Positions 1 through 9,723 of a stretch of 26,633 nt of DNA are shown here, piece after piece. The position numbers and the translations under genes were made by a program. Below the pieces are notes generated by a model. That model was not told the origin of the DNA, searched no databases, and saw nothing but the letters and a program-made list of their open reading frames with translations. Source of the stretch: a virus; IMG/VR virus record IMGVR_UViG_3300045988_163752; one strand, 5' to 3'. Positions within the stretch are counted from its first letter, which is position 1, and every line of letters starts with the position of its first letter.

Positions 1-113
1 AAGACAATCCTAGTTAAGTCTTAAAAATATAGTAAACAATAATATAACATAGAATCTAATATATCCTATAATTATATTATTGTTTAGTGTTTTTTAGAAA
101 GGTGTGTAGTGTT

Positions 114-230
114 ATGGAAGAAAAATTAAAAGAATTTAAAGAAAAGAACTGTAAGAATTGCAATAAGAATATAGATTGTAAAATAATAAAGAATATAGAA
201 GGAGAATTAGTATGTGTGCAAGAAAATTAG
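114..230 (+). CDS. 38-aa Cys-rich microprotein (MEEKLKEFKEKNCKNCNKNIDCKIIKNIEGELVCVQEN), unknown function
   Basis: ATG at 114 after AGAAAGGTG; CxxC pairs; 19-nt overlap with next ORF; absent from the ORF track because of length. Confidence 0.45.
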   Translation: MEEKLKEFKEKNCKNCNKNIDCKIIKNIEGELVCVQEN

Positions 231-427
231 TCTATAACGATAAATTAATAACAGAACAGTACACAGCACAAGAAAAAGCAGAGCATAGAGAAAAATTAAA
301 TAATATAAAAGAACAGTTACCGAAGCAATGTAAGGGCTGTTCTTTTTTAGTTATAACAAGCATAAAAAAGCAAAAAGTTTATTGCCCATACTTAATTAAG
401 AACGAATGTTTGAGAGGTGGAAATTAG
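212..427 (+). CDS. 71-aa Cys-rich small phage protein
   Basis: ORF with CKGC..YCPYLIKNEC cysteines, upstream SD-like GGAG, in co-directional string of small ORFs. Confidence 0.5.
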   Translation: MCARKLVYNDKLITEQYTAQEKAEHREKLNNIKEQLPKQCKGCSFLVITSIKKQKVYCPYLIKNECLRGGN

Positions 428-442
428 AAAGGAGAGATATAA

Positions 443-661
443 ATGTTAGTAAAAGCAACAAATAAATATAAAGAATTAAATATAGCTGATAAAGAATTAA
501 ATAAAATTCCAGAAGAAGGAGAAGAATTTGAAGTAACAGAAGAAAGATATAAAGTATTAACAAAAACAAATCAATATAAAGTAGTTTTTGTAGAAAAAGC
601 AGAAGCGGAAAACAAATCAAATAATATCACAAAAGGAAAGAAGAAGAACAATGTTAGTTAA
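443..661 (+). CDS. 72-aa hypothetical phage protein
   Basis: ORF preceded by GAAAGGAGAG; overlaps HNH ORF start. Confidence 0.5.
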   Translation: MLVKATNKYKELNIADKELNKIPEEGEEFEVTEERYKVLTKTNQYKVVFVEKAEAENKSNNITKGKKKNNVS

Positions 662-1055
662 GTTATGTGCAAGATGTCAATGTGTAGTACAAGCGCCAGC
701 AACTTATTGCAATAAGTGTAGAGCTATAATGCAAAAACAAATAGAATCAGGGAAACAATATAGTAATACAAGATACAATAAACAAAGAGATAAAAAGTAT
801 GCACAGTTTTATAATAGCAAAGCTTGGAGAACATTAAGTAAAGAATATATTAAAAAGAATTATTTATGTGAAGAGTGCCAAAAGGAAGCAAGGTTAAATA
901 AAGAATATAACATACAGCTAGCAGAAGAAGTTCATCACAAGGATCCAATTCAAAAAGAAACAGGATGGCTAAGAAGATTAGAGTGGAATAATCTTATAGC
1001 ACTATGTCACGAACATCACGATATGGCACACAATAGATTCAGAAAGAGAAGGTGA
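651..1055 (+). CDS. HNH endonuclease (terminase-associated)
   Basis: CxxC at N-terminus, FYNSKAWRTLSKEYIKKNYLCEECQKE, VHHKDPI, WNNLIALCHEHHDMAH HNH signature; next to terminase genes. Confidence 0.92.
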   Translation: MLVKLCARCQCVVQAPATYCNKCRAIMQKQIESGKQYSNTRYNKQRDKKYAQFYNSKAWRTLSKEYIKKNYLCEECQKEARLNKEYNIQLAEEVHHKDPIQKETGWLRRLEWNNLIALCHEHHDMAHNRFRKRR

Positions 1056-1059
1056 TAAC

Positions 1060-1431
1060 ATGAAAGAATATAATGCAAAGATAATAGTTAATAATGACGA
1101 ATTAAAAATAATGTATGAATGCGATAGAGAAAAAAATAAAGATTGCAAAGGATATGGAAATTGTGGACCATGCAATCATACAACTGATACAAGAAAAATA
1201 AAAGCAAGAAAAGCAAATAAATTTATAGAAGATAATAAAATAGAAATAGAAATAAATTTAGAAGCGGAAAAAGCAATAGAAAAACTAAAACAAATAAAAC
1301 AATTGTTAATAGAAATAAATGAAAAAGCAAATAAAATGGGAATTGATTTAGGTCAAGAAAAAGACTATACAGTAATGCGAACATATTATAACGGTGAATT
1401 AGCATCAGAAGAAAAAATACAATACAAATAA
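1060..1431 (+). CDS. 123-aa hypothetical phage protein
   Basis: co-directional ORF between HNH and terminase; N-terminal Cys cluster CDREKNKDCKGYGNCGPC. Confidence 0.55.
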   Translation: MKEYNAKIIVNNDELKIMYECDREKNKDCKGYGNCGPCNHTTDTRKIKARKANKFIEDNKIEIEINLEAEKAIEKLKQIKQLLIEINEKANKMGIDLGQEKDYTVMRTYYNGELASEEKIQYK

Positions 1432-1545
1432 AATGGTAGGGGTGGTCAAAAAAGTATATAAGTAATGCTAGCACAACGGCGCCCTAGGTACAGTGTAGAA
1501 AAAACTCCCTAAATTCAAAAATAAGGCACAAAAAGAAAGAAGGTG
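1432..1545 (+). other. candidate cos region between HNH gene and small terminase
   Basis: non-coding gap with G-rich TAGGGGTGGTC then GC-rich GCACAACGGCGCCCTAGGTACAG in AT-rich surroundings; position typical for cos phages with an HNH gene. Confidence 0.35.
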
Positions 1546-1554
1546 ATAACAAGT

Positions 1555-2061
1555 ATGGCAGGAAGACCAAAAGAGCCTATAGATTTAATTATAGCAAAAG
1601 GAAAAAAACATTTAACCAAGGAAGAAATAGCAGAAAGGAAAAGTAAAGAGCTTAAAATTAAGCACACTGATGTAAATCCACCTGAATATTTATCTGAAAA
1701 GGAAAAGAAAGAATTTAATAATATAGCTAATATATTATTAGAAATTGGGATAATGACAGAGCTGGATGAAGAATGTTTAGCGCATTATTTAATTGCTAAT
1801 ACAAATTATATAAATTACACAAAAGAATTAAGAACATTAGAGAAAAAGTTAACAAAGTCTAAAGATGAAGAAAAGAAAAAGGAAATACTCGGATTTATAG
1901 ATTTATATTTAAAATATCAGGATAGAGCACTAAAACAATGTAGAGATTGTGCAAATGATATGGGATTATCAATATCTTCCAGATGCAAACTTGTTATGCC
2001 CCAAACGAAGGAACCTCCAAAAGAAAATAAATTTGCAAAATTCCTGGTGACAAATAAATGA
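1555..2061 (+). CDS. phage terminase small subunit, P27 family
   Basis: MAGRPKEPIDLIIAKGKKHLTKEEIAERK; ATG 1555 is better placed relative to the GAAGGTGAT SD than the 1543 start in the track; followed immediately by large terminase. Confidence 0.85.
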   Translation: MAGRPKEPIDLIIAKGKKHLTKEEIAERKSKELKIKHTDVNPPEYLSEKEKKEFNNIANILLEIGIMTELDEECLAHYLIANTNYINYTKELRTLEKKLTKSKDEEKKKEILGFIDLYLKYQDRALKQCRDCANDMGLSISSRCKLVMPQTKEPPKENKFAKFLVTNK

Positions 2062-3770
2062 TTGATAGAGTTACTGAATACGCAAAGAAAACAATTGATG
2101 AAGGAATAATGGGAGAGTTACATATACTGGCATGTAAAAGACATTTAGAAGACTTAAAAAGACAAGGAACAAAAGATTTTCCATATATTTGGAATGCTGA
2201 AAATTCAGAAAGAATATTAAATTATGCAGAAACCCTAACAATTGCAGAAGGTTTCGAATTAAAACCTGTAAAATTATTAGGATCTCAAATTTTCGATTTA
2301 GGTTGTCCATTCGGTTGGTTAAAACAAGAAAATGGGAAAAGAAGATTTAGAAGGTCTTATGAATCAATGGCTAGACAGAATGGAAAATCCTTTAAAAATG
2401 GTATTAGAGGAACTTATATTGCAAATTTTAGTGGCTATAATTTTGGTAAACTTTTTACTGTAGCAACAAAAAAAAGACAAGCTAGAATTGCTTGGGAGGA
2501 AATGGCAAAATTCATAAAAACTGATGCTGATTTACAAGAGCTATTTGAAATAAAAGATTATAAATCTCTAATATTGGCAAAAGATACAGAATCTACAATT
2601 GAAGCATTATCAAAAGAAAGTGGATTAGATGATGGATTTAGAGCAATATTTGCGTCTATTGATGAGTATCATCAACATCCGAATGCTAAAATTTATAAAG
2701 CAATATACAATGGAACAAAAGCATTATTAGAAACATTAATAAGTATTATAACAACAAGGGGAGATAATCTAAACAGTGCTTGTTACGAAATGGATCAATA
2801 TTGTATAAATATTTTAAAAGGAATAGTAACAGCAGAAGATTTTTTTGTTGACATATATGCACTAAATGAAAAAGATGATATTTTTAATCCTAAAAATTTA
2901 ATAAAAGCTAATCCGTTTCTTGCATCAACCAAACAAGGTTTAGAAACTTTAATTACAGATATGCAAACGGCAAGAGACATGGGTGGAAATGAATTAAGAG
3001 ACTTTATGACGAAGTCTCTTAATTTATGGGTAAAAAACACAGATGACCAATTTATGAATCCAGATAAGTGGAAAAAATGTGAGTCTAATTTAGAATTGCA
3101 AGACTTAATGGAAAAAAAGTGTTATGTAGGTTTAGATTTATCACATGGTGGTGATTTAACAACTATTGCATTGGAAATACCATTAGAAAATGGAGAGTTT
3201 TTTGAATTTTCACATTCCTTTATGCCTAGAGCAAGATTACAAGAACATATTGTAACAGATATCGCACCGTATGATGTGTGGGAACAACAAGAGCTTATAA
3301 CAGTTACAGGAGGTCAAGATACCTATAAAAATGATTATAAGTTTATTATTAAATATCTTAAAGATATTATAGAAAATTATGATTTAAAAGTACAAGCAAT
3401 TGGATATGACCCACATAATGCAGATGGCTTTTTAGATGATTTGGAAATTTTCGGTGTGCCACTTTTGGAAATAAAACAATCTGCAAGATTTCTAAATGAT
3501 GGGACAGAAGATATGCAATTAAATATTGAATCTGGAAAAATAAAATATAACAAAAAAGAAGAGCTATTAAGTTATAGCGTTTCAAACGCAAAAATTGTAA
3601 GAAATAGCTTCGGCGAGAAAAAAGTAGATAAAGAGCCAAATAAAAGAACAAAAAGAATAGATCCAGTTGATGCAATGATAAATGCACATATTACACAGAT
3701 GAAATTTAATGAAAAAGAGCCTGTTGATTACAACAAAGAGATGTCTGAGTATTTAGAAGCGGATTGGTAA
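2058..3770 (+). CDS. phage terminase large subunit
   Basis: 570 aa; Walker-A-like ARQNGKSF, Walker-B-like AIFASIDEYHQH, nuclease-region GLDLSHGGDLT; order terS-terL-portal. Confidence 0.95.
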   Translation: MIDRVTEYAKKTIDEGIMGELHILACKRHLEDLKRQGTKDFPYIWNAENSERILNYAETLTIAEGFELKPVKLLGSQIFDLGCPFGWLKQENGKRRFRRSYESMARQNGKSFKNGIRGTYIANFSGYNFGKLFTVATKKRQARIAWEEMAKFIKTDADLQELFEIKDYKSLILAKDTESTIEALSKESGLDDGFRAIFASIDEYHQHPNAKIYKAIYNGTKALLETLISIITTRGDNLNSACYEMDQYCINILKGIVTAEDFFVDIYALNEKDDIFNPKNLIKANPFLASTKQGLETLITDMQTARDMGGNELRDFMTKSLNLWVKNTDDQFMNPDKWKKCESNLELQDLMEKKCYVGLDLSHGGDLTTIALEIPLENGEFFEFSHSFMPRARLQEHIVTDIAPYDVWEQQELITVTGGQDTYKNDYKFIIKYLKDIIENYDLKVQAIGYDPHNADGFLDDLEIFGVPLLEIKQSARFLNDGTEDMQLNIESGKIKYNKKEELLSYSVSNAKIVRNSFGEKKVDKEPNKRTKRIDPVDAMINAHITQMKFNEKEPVDYNKEMSEYLEADW

Positions 3771-3789
3771 TTTAGAAAGGGGTGAAAAA

Positions 3790-5097
3790 ATGAAATTAAG
3801 AGAAAGAATTAAAACTGCTTTCAATATATTAACCAACAAAGAAAGTAAATATAATGAAATGCAGAAACTAATAGATTTTTTAGGGTTAAAGGGAACAAAA
3901 GAAAAAGCCTTATCTGAGGCTACATATTTTGCTTGTTTAAAAGTTCTAAGTGAATCTGTTGGAAAATTACCGTTAAAACTATTACAACATAGAGACAATA
4001 ATGGTGTTATAAATGCCAGAGGACATCCAATGTACAGAATTGTGCATGATAGACCTAATCCATACATGACATCTACGGCTTTTTGGTCTACTGTAGAGCA
4101 AAATCGAAATCATTTTGGAAATGCTTATGTATTAATAAAAGGCGCTGGCAGTAAAATGACATTATGGATTTTACCATCAGATGAAGTTGAAGTTTGGTAT
4201 GATGACCAAAAGATTCTAAGTGACATACCAGACATTTATTATATATACGCACATGGCGGAAAGTTATATCAGTTTGGATCTGAACAAATATTACATTTTA
4301 AGACATCCAATACATTTGATGGAATAAAAGGAATAGCAGTACGAGAACAACTAAAAATGACAATTGACGGAAATATTAAATCTCAAAAAATGTTAAATAA
4401 TATGTACAAAAGTGGATTTACAGCAAAAGCTGTTGTGCAATATACAAGCGAACTATCTGATAAAAATTTAGAAAAATTTAAAAGTAAACTTGAAAAATTT
4501 GCAGGAAGCGATTTGGATGATAAAGAAACTAAAAATATTATCCCAATTCCGATAGGTACACAATTAACACCATTAAATATAAAATTAGCAGATAATCAAT
4601 TCGTTGATGTAAAAAAATATAGTGCATTGCAAATTGCATCTGCATTTGGAATAAAACCAAACCAAATAGGTGATTATGAAAAGTCAAGCTATGCAAGTGC
4701 AGAAGCACAACAACTTAGTTTTTATGTTGACACATTATTATACATAATAAAACAGTATGAGGAAGAGCTAAATTATAAATTGCTAACAAGTGAAGAAATT
4801 ACAAATGGATACTACTTTAAGTTTAATGTAGCAGTAATATTAAGAGCTGATTTAAAGACACAAGTGGATACGCTGTGCCAAGCAATATCAAATTTCTTAT
4901 ATACACCAAACGAAGCAAGAGCATTATTAGATATGGAAGCCAAGGAAGGTGGAGATCAATTGTTGGGAAATGGTGCAAGTATACCTGTACAATTAGCAGG
5001 TACACAATACATAAAAGATGATGGAAAGGAAGGTGAAAAGGATTGGATAAAGAAAACGATAGAAGAGACAATGACAAAGTTGTTGAAAACGGCGTGA
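3790..5097 (+). CDS. phage portal protein (HK97-like)
   Basis: 435 aa; YFACLKVLSESVGKLPLKLLQ, HPMYRIVHDRPNPYMT, AYVLIKGAGSK; follows terL. Confidence 0.95.
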   Translation: MKLRERIKTAFNILTNKESKYNEMQKLIDFLGLKGTKEKALSEATYFACLKVLSESVGKLPLKLLQHRDNNGVINARGHPMYRIVHDRPNPYMTSTAFWSTVEQNRNHFGNAYVLIKGAGSKMTLWILPSDEVEVWYDDQKILSDIPDIYYIYAHGGKLYQFGSEQILHFKTSNTFDGIKGIAVREQLKMTIDGNIKSQKMLNNMYKSGFTAKAVVQYTSELSDKNLEKFKSKLEKFAGSDLDDKETKNIIPIPIGTQLTPLNIKLADNQFVDVKKYSALQIASAFGIKPNQIGDYEKSSYASAEAQQLSFYVDTLLYIIKQYEEELNYKLLTSEEITNGYYFKFNVAVILRADLKTQVDTLCQAISNFLYTPNEARALLDMEAKEGGDQLLGNGASIPVQLAGTQYIKDDGKEGEKDWIKKTIEETMTKLLKTA

Positions 5098-5840
5098 TTT
5101 GTAAATCTGCAAGTTTAGAAAATCAAGAAGTAACAGACAATGACTTAAAAAAAATAAATAAATTTACATTATCTCCATTAAAATCTGAGGAAGTTTTTGC
5201 TTTTAAGTTAGTAATGGGAGATAACGAGTTAGATGATAGAAATTATGAGCCATTCAATTTAAATGCGTTAAAAGATTTGCAAAAGCTATACATTGGAAAA
5301 ACAATGATAAAGGATCATAACAGAGCAGCTGACAATCAAATAGCTAGAGTGTATGATACAGAACTTGTTCAAGATGGAAACAAAATGACTAGAGCAGGGG
5401 AGATATATACAAAATTAGTTGCAAAATGCTATATGGTAAAAACAGAAAAAAATGCAGATTTAATTACTGAAATAAAAGCAGGAATTAAGAAAGAGGTATC
5501 AACTAGTTGCAGAGCAAAACATGCCTATTGTTCAATTTGTGGTGTAGATAATATGAAAAACTATTGTTCACATTATTGGGGAAAAGAATACGAAACTGTA
5601 AATGGAAAAAAAATATGTTATTTTACACTAGATGGAGCGATAGAAGCATATGAAGTATCATTTGTAGCTGTTCCAGCGCAACCAAGAGCAGGAACAACAA
5701 AACACTATAGAGGAACTGAATTGGTAGTTCAAAAAAACAAAAACAATAATGAAGAAGCGGAAATCAATTTAAAAATTGATAATCTTGCTTCCTTTTTGTT
5801 TATAGAAAAAGAAAAAAATGGAGGTAATGAAGATGAATAA
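5043..5840 (+). CDS. prohead serine protease (XkdF-like/HK97-type) with Cys/His insert
   Basis: located between portal and capsid; KDHNRAADNQIARVYD, EVSTSCRAKHAYCSICGVDNMKNYCSHYWGKEY, GAIEAYEVSFVAVPAQPRAG. Confidence 0.8.
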   Translation: MDKENDRRDNDKVVENGVICKSASLENQEVTDNDLKKINKFTLSPLKSEEVFAFKLVMGDNELDDRNYEPFNLNALKDLQKLYIGKTMIKDHNRAADNQIARVYDTELVQDGNKMTRAGEIYTKLVAKCYMVKTEKNADLITEIKAGIKKEVSTSCRAKHAYCSICGVDNMKNYCSHYWGKEYETVNGKKICYFTLDGAIEAYEVSFVAVPAQPRAGTTKHYRGTELVVQKNKNNNEEAEINLKIDNLASFLFIEKEKNGGNEDE

Positions 5841-7005
5841 AAGAATGAGAGAAATATTAACAAAAATTGAAGCTAAACAAGCTTTAGCAAAAGGATATAT
5901 GGAAGGTGAAAACAAAGATGTTGAAAAAGCAAAAGCCATACTAGATGAAATTAAAACATTAAAAGAAGAATATGAAGTAGAAAAAAATATTTTTGAAACA
6001 GAAAAAGAGACTAATAAATTAAGCGAAGAAGAAGCAAAAGAAATTTCTAAAAAGATTGAAAATAAAAAGGGTGAAAAAGAAGATGAAGATTCAACAAAAT
6101 CAGTTGCGAAGGTAATTAGAGGATTTATAAAAGGAAAAGGATTAGTCGAAAGTGTTGATGAAGATGGAGGATATACAGTACCACAAGATGTATCTACAAA
6201 AATAGAAAAATATAAAGATGTTGATTACAGTTTACTTGAAGATATTGATGTAGTAACAGTTAAAACTAATAAAGGTTCAAGAACATTTCAAAAAAAAGGT
6301 GAAGTAGATACATTTGTTGATATAGATGAAAATGGAGAAATAACAAATGAAATAGAAGCTCCAAAATTTGAAAGATTACCATATGCTATCCAAGATAGAG
6401 CAGGATTTATGCCAGTTTCAAACGATTTAGTAGAAGATTCTGATTCAGACATATTAGCAGTTGTAATAGAATGGTTAGGAAAAGCAAATATTGCTACAAC
6501 AAACAAAAAAGTTTTAGAAAAAGTTGCAGAAAAAGTAAAAACTGATTTTAAGAATTTAGATGGAATAAAAAAAGCTTTGAATGTAACTTTAGGACAAACA
6601 TACAAAGATGGTTCAAAAATATATACAAACGATGACGGATTAAATTATCTTGATACATTAAAAGATAAAAATGATAGACCATTATTAAATCCAGATCCAA
6701 CAGATTCTGCAAAAATGCAATTAAGATGTGGAACAACAGTATTACCTGTAAAAGTATTACCTAATAAAATATTCAAATCAGATGAAGGTAAAATGCCATT
6801 TATAGTTGGAAATCTATATGATTACATTAGAAAATATGATAGAAAATCAATGACTATATTAGCTTCTAATGTTGCTAATATAGGTAATTTTAATGCATTT
6901 GCAAAAAACATGACATTATTAAGGGCTATTGTTAGAGATGATTATGTTATAAAAGATAAAGATTCAATAGTATACGGTTACATTACATCGAATGATGTTG
7001 TTTAG
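5833..7005 (+). CDS. phage major capsid protein (HK97 gp5-like)
   Basis: N-terminal coiled-coil delta-like domain then GGYTVPQDVSTKIEKYK...FQKKGE...PYAIQDRAGFMPVSNDLVEDSD; start at 5833 preferred (GGAGGTAATGAAG upstream). Confidence 0.92.
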   Translation: MNKRMREILTKIEAKQALAKGYMEGENKDVEKAKAILDEIKTLKEEYEVEKNIFETEKETNKLSEEEAKEISKKIENKKGEKEDEDSTKSVAKVIRGFIKGKGLVESVDEDGGYTVPQDVSTKIEKYKDVDYSLLEDIDVVTVKTNKGSRTFQKKGEVDTFVDIDENGEITNEIEAPKFERLPYAIQDRAGFMPVSNDLVEDSDSDILAVVIEWLGKANIATTNKKVLEKVAEKVKTDFKNLDGIKKALNVTLGQTYKDGSKIYTNDDGLNYLDTLKDKNDRPLLNPDPTDSAKMQLRCGTTVLPVKVLPNKIFKSDEGKMPFIVGNLYDYIRKYDRKSMTILASNVANIGNFNAFAKNMTLLRAIVRDDYVIKDKDSIVYGYITSNDVV

Positions 7006-7024
7006 AATAGGAGGTATTTAAAAA

Positions 7025-7327
7025 ATGAGCGATTTAAACAAACTAGCAAAACAATGTTTAGGAATAGTAGAAACTGCAACTTTAAAAGATGATGAAATAA
7101 ATATGCTTATAAGCTCTGCAAAAACTGATATGAAAAGAGTAGATATAGATGTTGAAAATAATATTAATGATAATTTAGTTATAAATACAATAATGCTATA
7201 TGTTAAAGCTCATTTTGGAGATACTGATATAAATAAAAGAAATGAATATCTTACAAGGTATATATCTAATATAAGAGCTTTAAAAGAATCTGAAGAATAC
7301 AGAATTGGAGATGATAGCAATGCATGA
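7025..7327 (+). CDS. head-tail connector (gp6-like)
   Basis: 100 aa; synteny after capsid; DDEINMLISSAKTDMKRVDID...VKAHFGDTDINKRNEYL. Confidence 0.8.
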   Translation: MSDLNKLAKQCLGIVETATLKDDEINMLISSAKTDMKRVDIDVENNINDNLVINTIMLYVKAHFGDTDINKRNEYLTRYISNIRALKESEEYRIGDDSNA

Positions 7328-7655
7328 TGTAAGTTGTGTATTGCTATCTAAAAATTATAAAAAAGATAAAAATGGCAATATACTAAAAGATAAAAATGGA
7401 AGAGAAAGTTTTGAAATTATTGAACAGGAAATTCCAATAATACAAACTGAAAAGGTTTGGAAAAATGAATTTTATAAGGCTAGCCAATTAAATTTAAAGC
7501 CATCAATTCGAATAAAAATAAGTAGTTTGAATTATTCTAATCAAGAAGAGATTAAATATATGGGAAAACATTATACTGTAATTAGAGTTGATGGAGATAA
7601 TGACGATGAAGTCATACTCGTTTGTGAAAGGAAATCTAATAATGTCAAATACTAA
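7320..7655 (+). CDS. phage head closure / head-tail adaptor protein
   Basis: synteny; MHDVSCVLLSK...WKNEFYKASQLNLKPSIRIKI..NQEEIKYMGKHYTVIRV; probable start 7320. Confidence 0.7.
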   Translation: MHDVSCVLLSKNYKKDKNGNILKDKNGRESFEIIEQEIPIIQTEKVWKNEFYKASQLNLKPSIRIKISSLNYSNQEEIKYMGKHYTVIRVDGDNDDEVILVCERKSNNVKY

Positions 7656-8106
7656 CAAAGTGACAGTTGAGAATATAGAAAAAGAAATAATGAAATATTT
7701 ACAAGAATGTAAGGAGAATATAGAAGATGAAGTAAAAGAAATAGCTGATGAAACAACAAAAGAAGCATGTAAAGAGTTAAAACAAATATCTCCAAAAGCT
7801 TCTAAAACTGTATATTTAAGAAAGAGTAATTCAAAGTTCGGAGTTGGCGAAAAAAACTTTCAGATACCAGGAGAGTATGCAAGTTCTTGGACTACAGCTA
7901 AAAGAACCAGTAAATGTGCTAAAGATAAATATTCTAAAGTAGTATACAACAAACAATATTACAGACTAACACATTTGTTAGAATTTGGGCATGCGAACAG
8001 AGACGGTTCCAGAACACAACCAATTCTGCACATAAGAAAAACAGAAGAAAAATACAAAGAAAAGTTTAAGCAAAAATTAGAAACAAAAATAAGGAGGGGA
8101 ATATGA
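7642..8106 (+). CDS. HK97 gp10-like tail completion protein
   Basis: ADETTKEACKELKQISPKASK...YKVVYNKQYYRLTHLLEFGHANRDG; internal ATG 7642 fits SD better than the track start 7588. Confidence 0.8.
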   Translation: MSNTNKVTVENIEKEIMKYLQECKENIEDEVKEIADETTKEACKELKQISPKASKTVYLRKSNSKFGVGEKNFQIPGEYASSWTTAKRTSKCAKDKYSKVVYNKQYYRLTHLLEFGHANRDGSRTQPILHIRKTEEKYKEKFKQKLETKIRRGI

Positions 8107-8441
8107 CTTGGGAAGAGTTAGAAAATAGAATAGATAAGTTTTATTTAGATGAAGAAAATAAAGTAAAGATACCGTATTCGCACTATGATTTTGACAGACC
8201 AGTAGAACCTCCACATCTAATGTCTACGGAAGTTGATACAGATAATTTTATAGCAGACAATAATGTATATTTTGAAAAATGTAATGCTAGATTAGAATTA
8301 ACAACAGATACTAGAGCAAAAATATTAGAAAAAAGAATAGAAAAAGAAATTTTGCACGATATAGTGTGGAAACGAATTATAACTTATATTCAAGCTGAAA
8401 GAGTTTGGAATGTAAGTTATTTTTTTGAAATTTTAAAATGA
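8103..8441 (+). CDS. phage tail terminator/minor tail protein
   Basis: synteny (gp10, this, major tail); 4-nt overlap ATGA. Confidence 0.6.
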   Translation: MTWEELENRIDKFYLDEENKVKIPYSHYDFDRPVEPPHLMSTEVDTDNFIADNNVYFEKCNARLELTTDTRAKILEKRIEKEILHDIVWKRIITYIQAERVWNVSYFFEILK

Positions 8442-8457
8442 AAGAGAGGAAAAAAAT

Positions 8458-9027
8458 ATGAACAAAGTAAAATTTGGACTTAGCAATGTACATATTGCAA
8501 AAATAACAGAAAAAGATGGTAAGATAACTTATGGAACACCATTTAAAATGCCAGGAGCTAAAAGTTTAACTGCAGATCCAGAAGGAGATATTACTAAATT
8601 TTATGCAGATAATATTGTGTATTATATATCAAATTCAAATCAAGGATATAGCGGAGATTTAGAAGTTGCAATGCTAGTGGAAGAATTTTTAACACAAATA
8701 TTGGGACAAACTAAAGATAAAAACGGAGCTCTATTTGAAAATGCAGATGATATTAATGCAAGATTTGCATTAATGGGGGAAATAGAAGGAGATGAAAAGA
8801 AAAGAAGATTTGTATATTTTGACTGTACTGCAACAAGACCAACGGCAGAAATGAGTACAAAAGAAGATTCAACTGAACCACAAACAGATAAAGTGTCAAT
8901 TACGATGTCTCCTAGAACTACAGATAAAGCAATTAAAGCCGTAATAGAGCCAAGTGAAACAAATCAAGCAGTTTACGATACATTTTTTACAAAAGTATAT
9001 GAAAAAGATGCAAAAGCTAATGTTTAA
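8458..9027 (+). CDS. phage major tail tube protein
   Basis: MNKVKFGLSNVHIAKITEKDGKITYGTPFKMPGAKSLTADPEG; synteny. Confidence 0.9.
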   Translation: MNKVKFGLSNVHIAKITEKDGKITYGTPFKMPGAKSLTADPEGDITKFYADNIVYYISNSNQGYSGDLEVAMLVEEFLTQILGQTKDKNGALFENADDINARFALMGEIEGDEKKRRFVYFDCTATRPTAEMSTKEDSTEPQTDKVSITMSPRTTDKAIKAVIEPSETNQAVYDTFFTKVYEKDAKANV

Positions 9028-9032
9028 AAAGG

Positions 9033-9434
9033 GTGATTAAAATGAAAACGATAAAAATTGGTAATAAAGAATATAAGTATGATTGTAATGCTTATACATA
9101 TATTCTATTTAAAAAAGTATTTAATAGCTCAATCTTTGATGATTTAAGGGTATTGCAGGAATATTTAATAAAGCAAGCAATAATACTAAATGATATAAAA
9201 CAGCAAGTACCTAATATTACAGAAAAAGAGCTAGAAAGTAATATAACTAGACTCATGATGGAAGACAATATAGAAAAATTTGTAGAATCTGCTACAAGAA
9301 TTGTATACATACTTATAAAAGAATATAACGATATTGATGAATATGAAGATTGGTTAAGAACTGTACCACCACTAAAAATAAATGACGATTGGATTGTAGA
9401 GGTAGCGGAATTTGCCGTAAATTGCTTTTGTTGA
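9033..9434 (+). CDS. tail assembly chaperone, zero-frame product (G)
   Basis: small ORF between major tail protein and tape measure. Confidence 0.75.
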   Translation: MIKMKTIKIGNKEYKYDCNAYTYILFKKVFNSSIFDDLRVLQEYLIKQAIILNDIKQQVPNITEKELESNITRLMMEDNIEKFVESATRIVYILIKEYNDIDEYEDWLRTVPPLKINDDWIVEVAEFAVNCFC

Positions 9435-9681
9435 CCGAGATTTATCAAAGGAATTAGAAAAAATAAATTCTAATGATAACACTGTTGAAGATAAATTCCC
9501 AGAGCATACATTTTTAGCGTGGTGTGCGAAGAATGGAATAGGTATAGAATATTTAAAAAATTTTACATATGTAGATATAATGAAGATGCTAATTTCTTTT
9601 ATAGATACAAACAATAAAAAAACAAATAAGAATGGTGTTAGAAAAGCAACACAAAGTGATATAGATAAATTATTAGGATAG
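9421..9681 (+). CDS. tail assembly chaperone, +1-frame extension (T), open without a usable start codon near its beginning
   Basis: frame open from after TAA 9418-9420 to TAG 9679-9681: ..VDRDLSKELEKINSNDNTVEDKFPEHTFLAWCAKNGIGIEYLKNFTYVDIMKMLISFIDTNNKKTNKNGVRKATQSDIDKLLG; missing from ORF track; ends just before tape measure. Confidence 0.7.
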   Translation: MAFVDRDLSKELEKINSNDNTVEDKFPEHTFLAWCAKNGIGIEYLKNFTYVDIMKMLISFIDTNNKKTNKNGVRKATQSDIDKLLG

Positions 9682-9723
9682 AGGTTATAAAAGCCTCTAT
9701 TTCTAATATAGAAAGGAAATAAT

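Noticed and set aside
396-620. Minus-strand ORF 74 aa rich in Leu, and similar Leu/Phe-rich minus ORFs across 2-21 kb
   Set aside because: Typical antisense artefacts of Lys/Glu-rich plus-strand genes in AT-rich DNA.
9678-9700. Hairpin ATAGAGG/CCTCTAT between chaperone and tape measure considered as a terminator
   Set aside because: Short stem without a real U tract inside an operon; at most a minor attenuator or coincidence.
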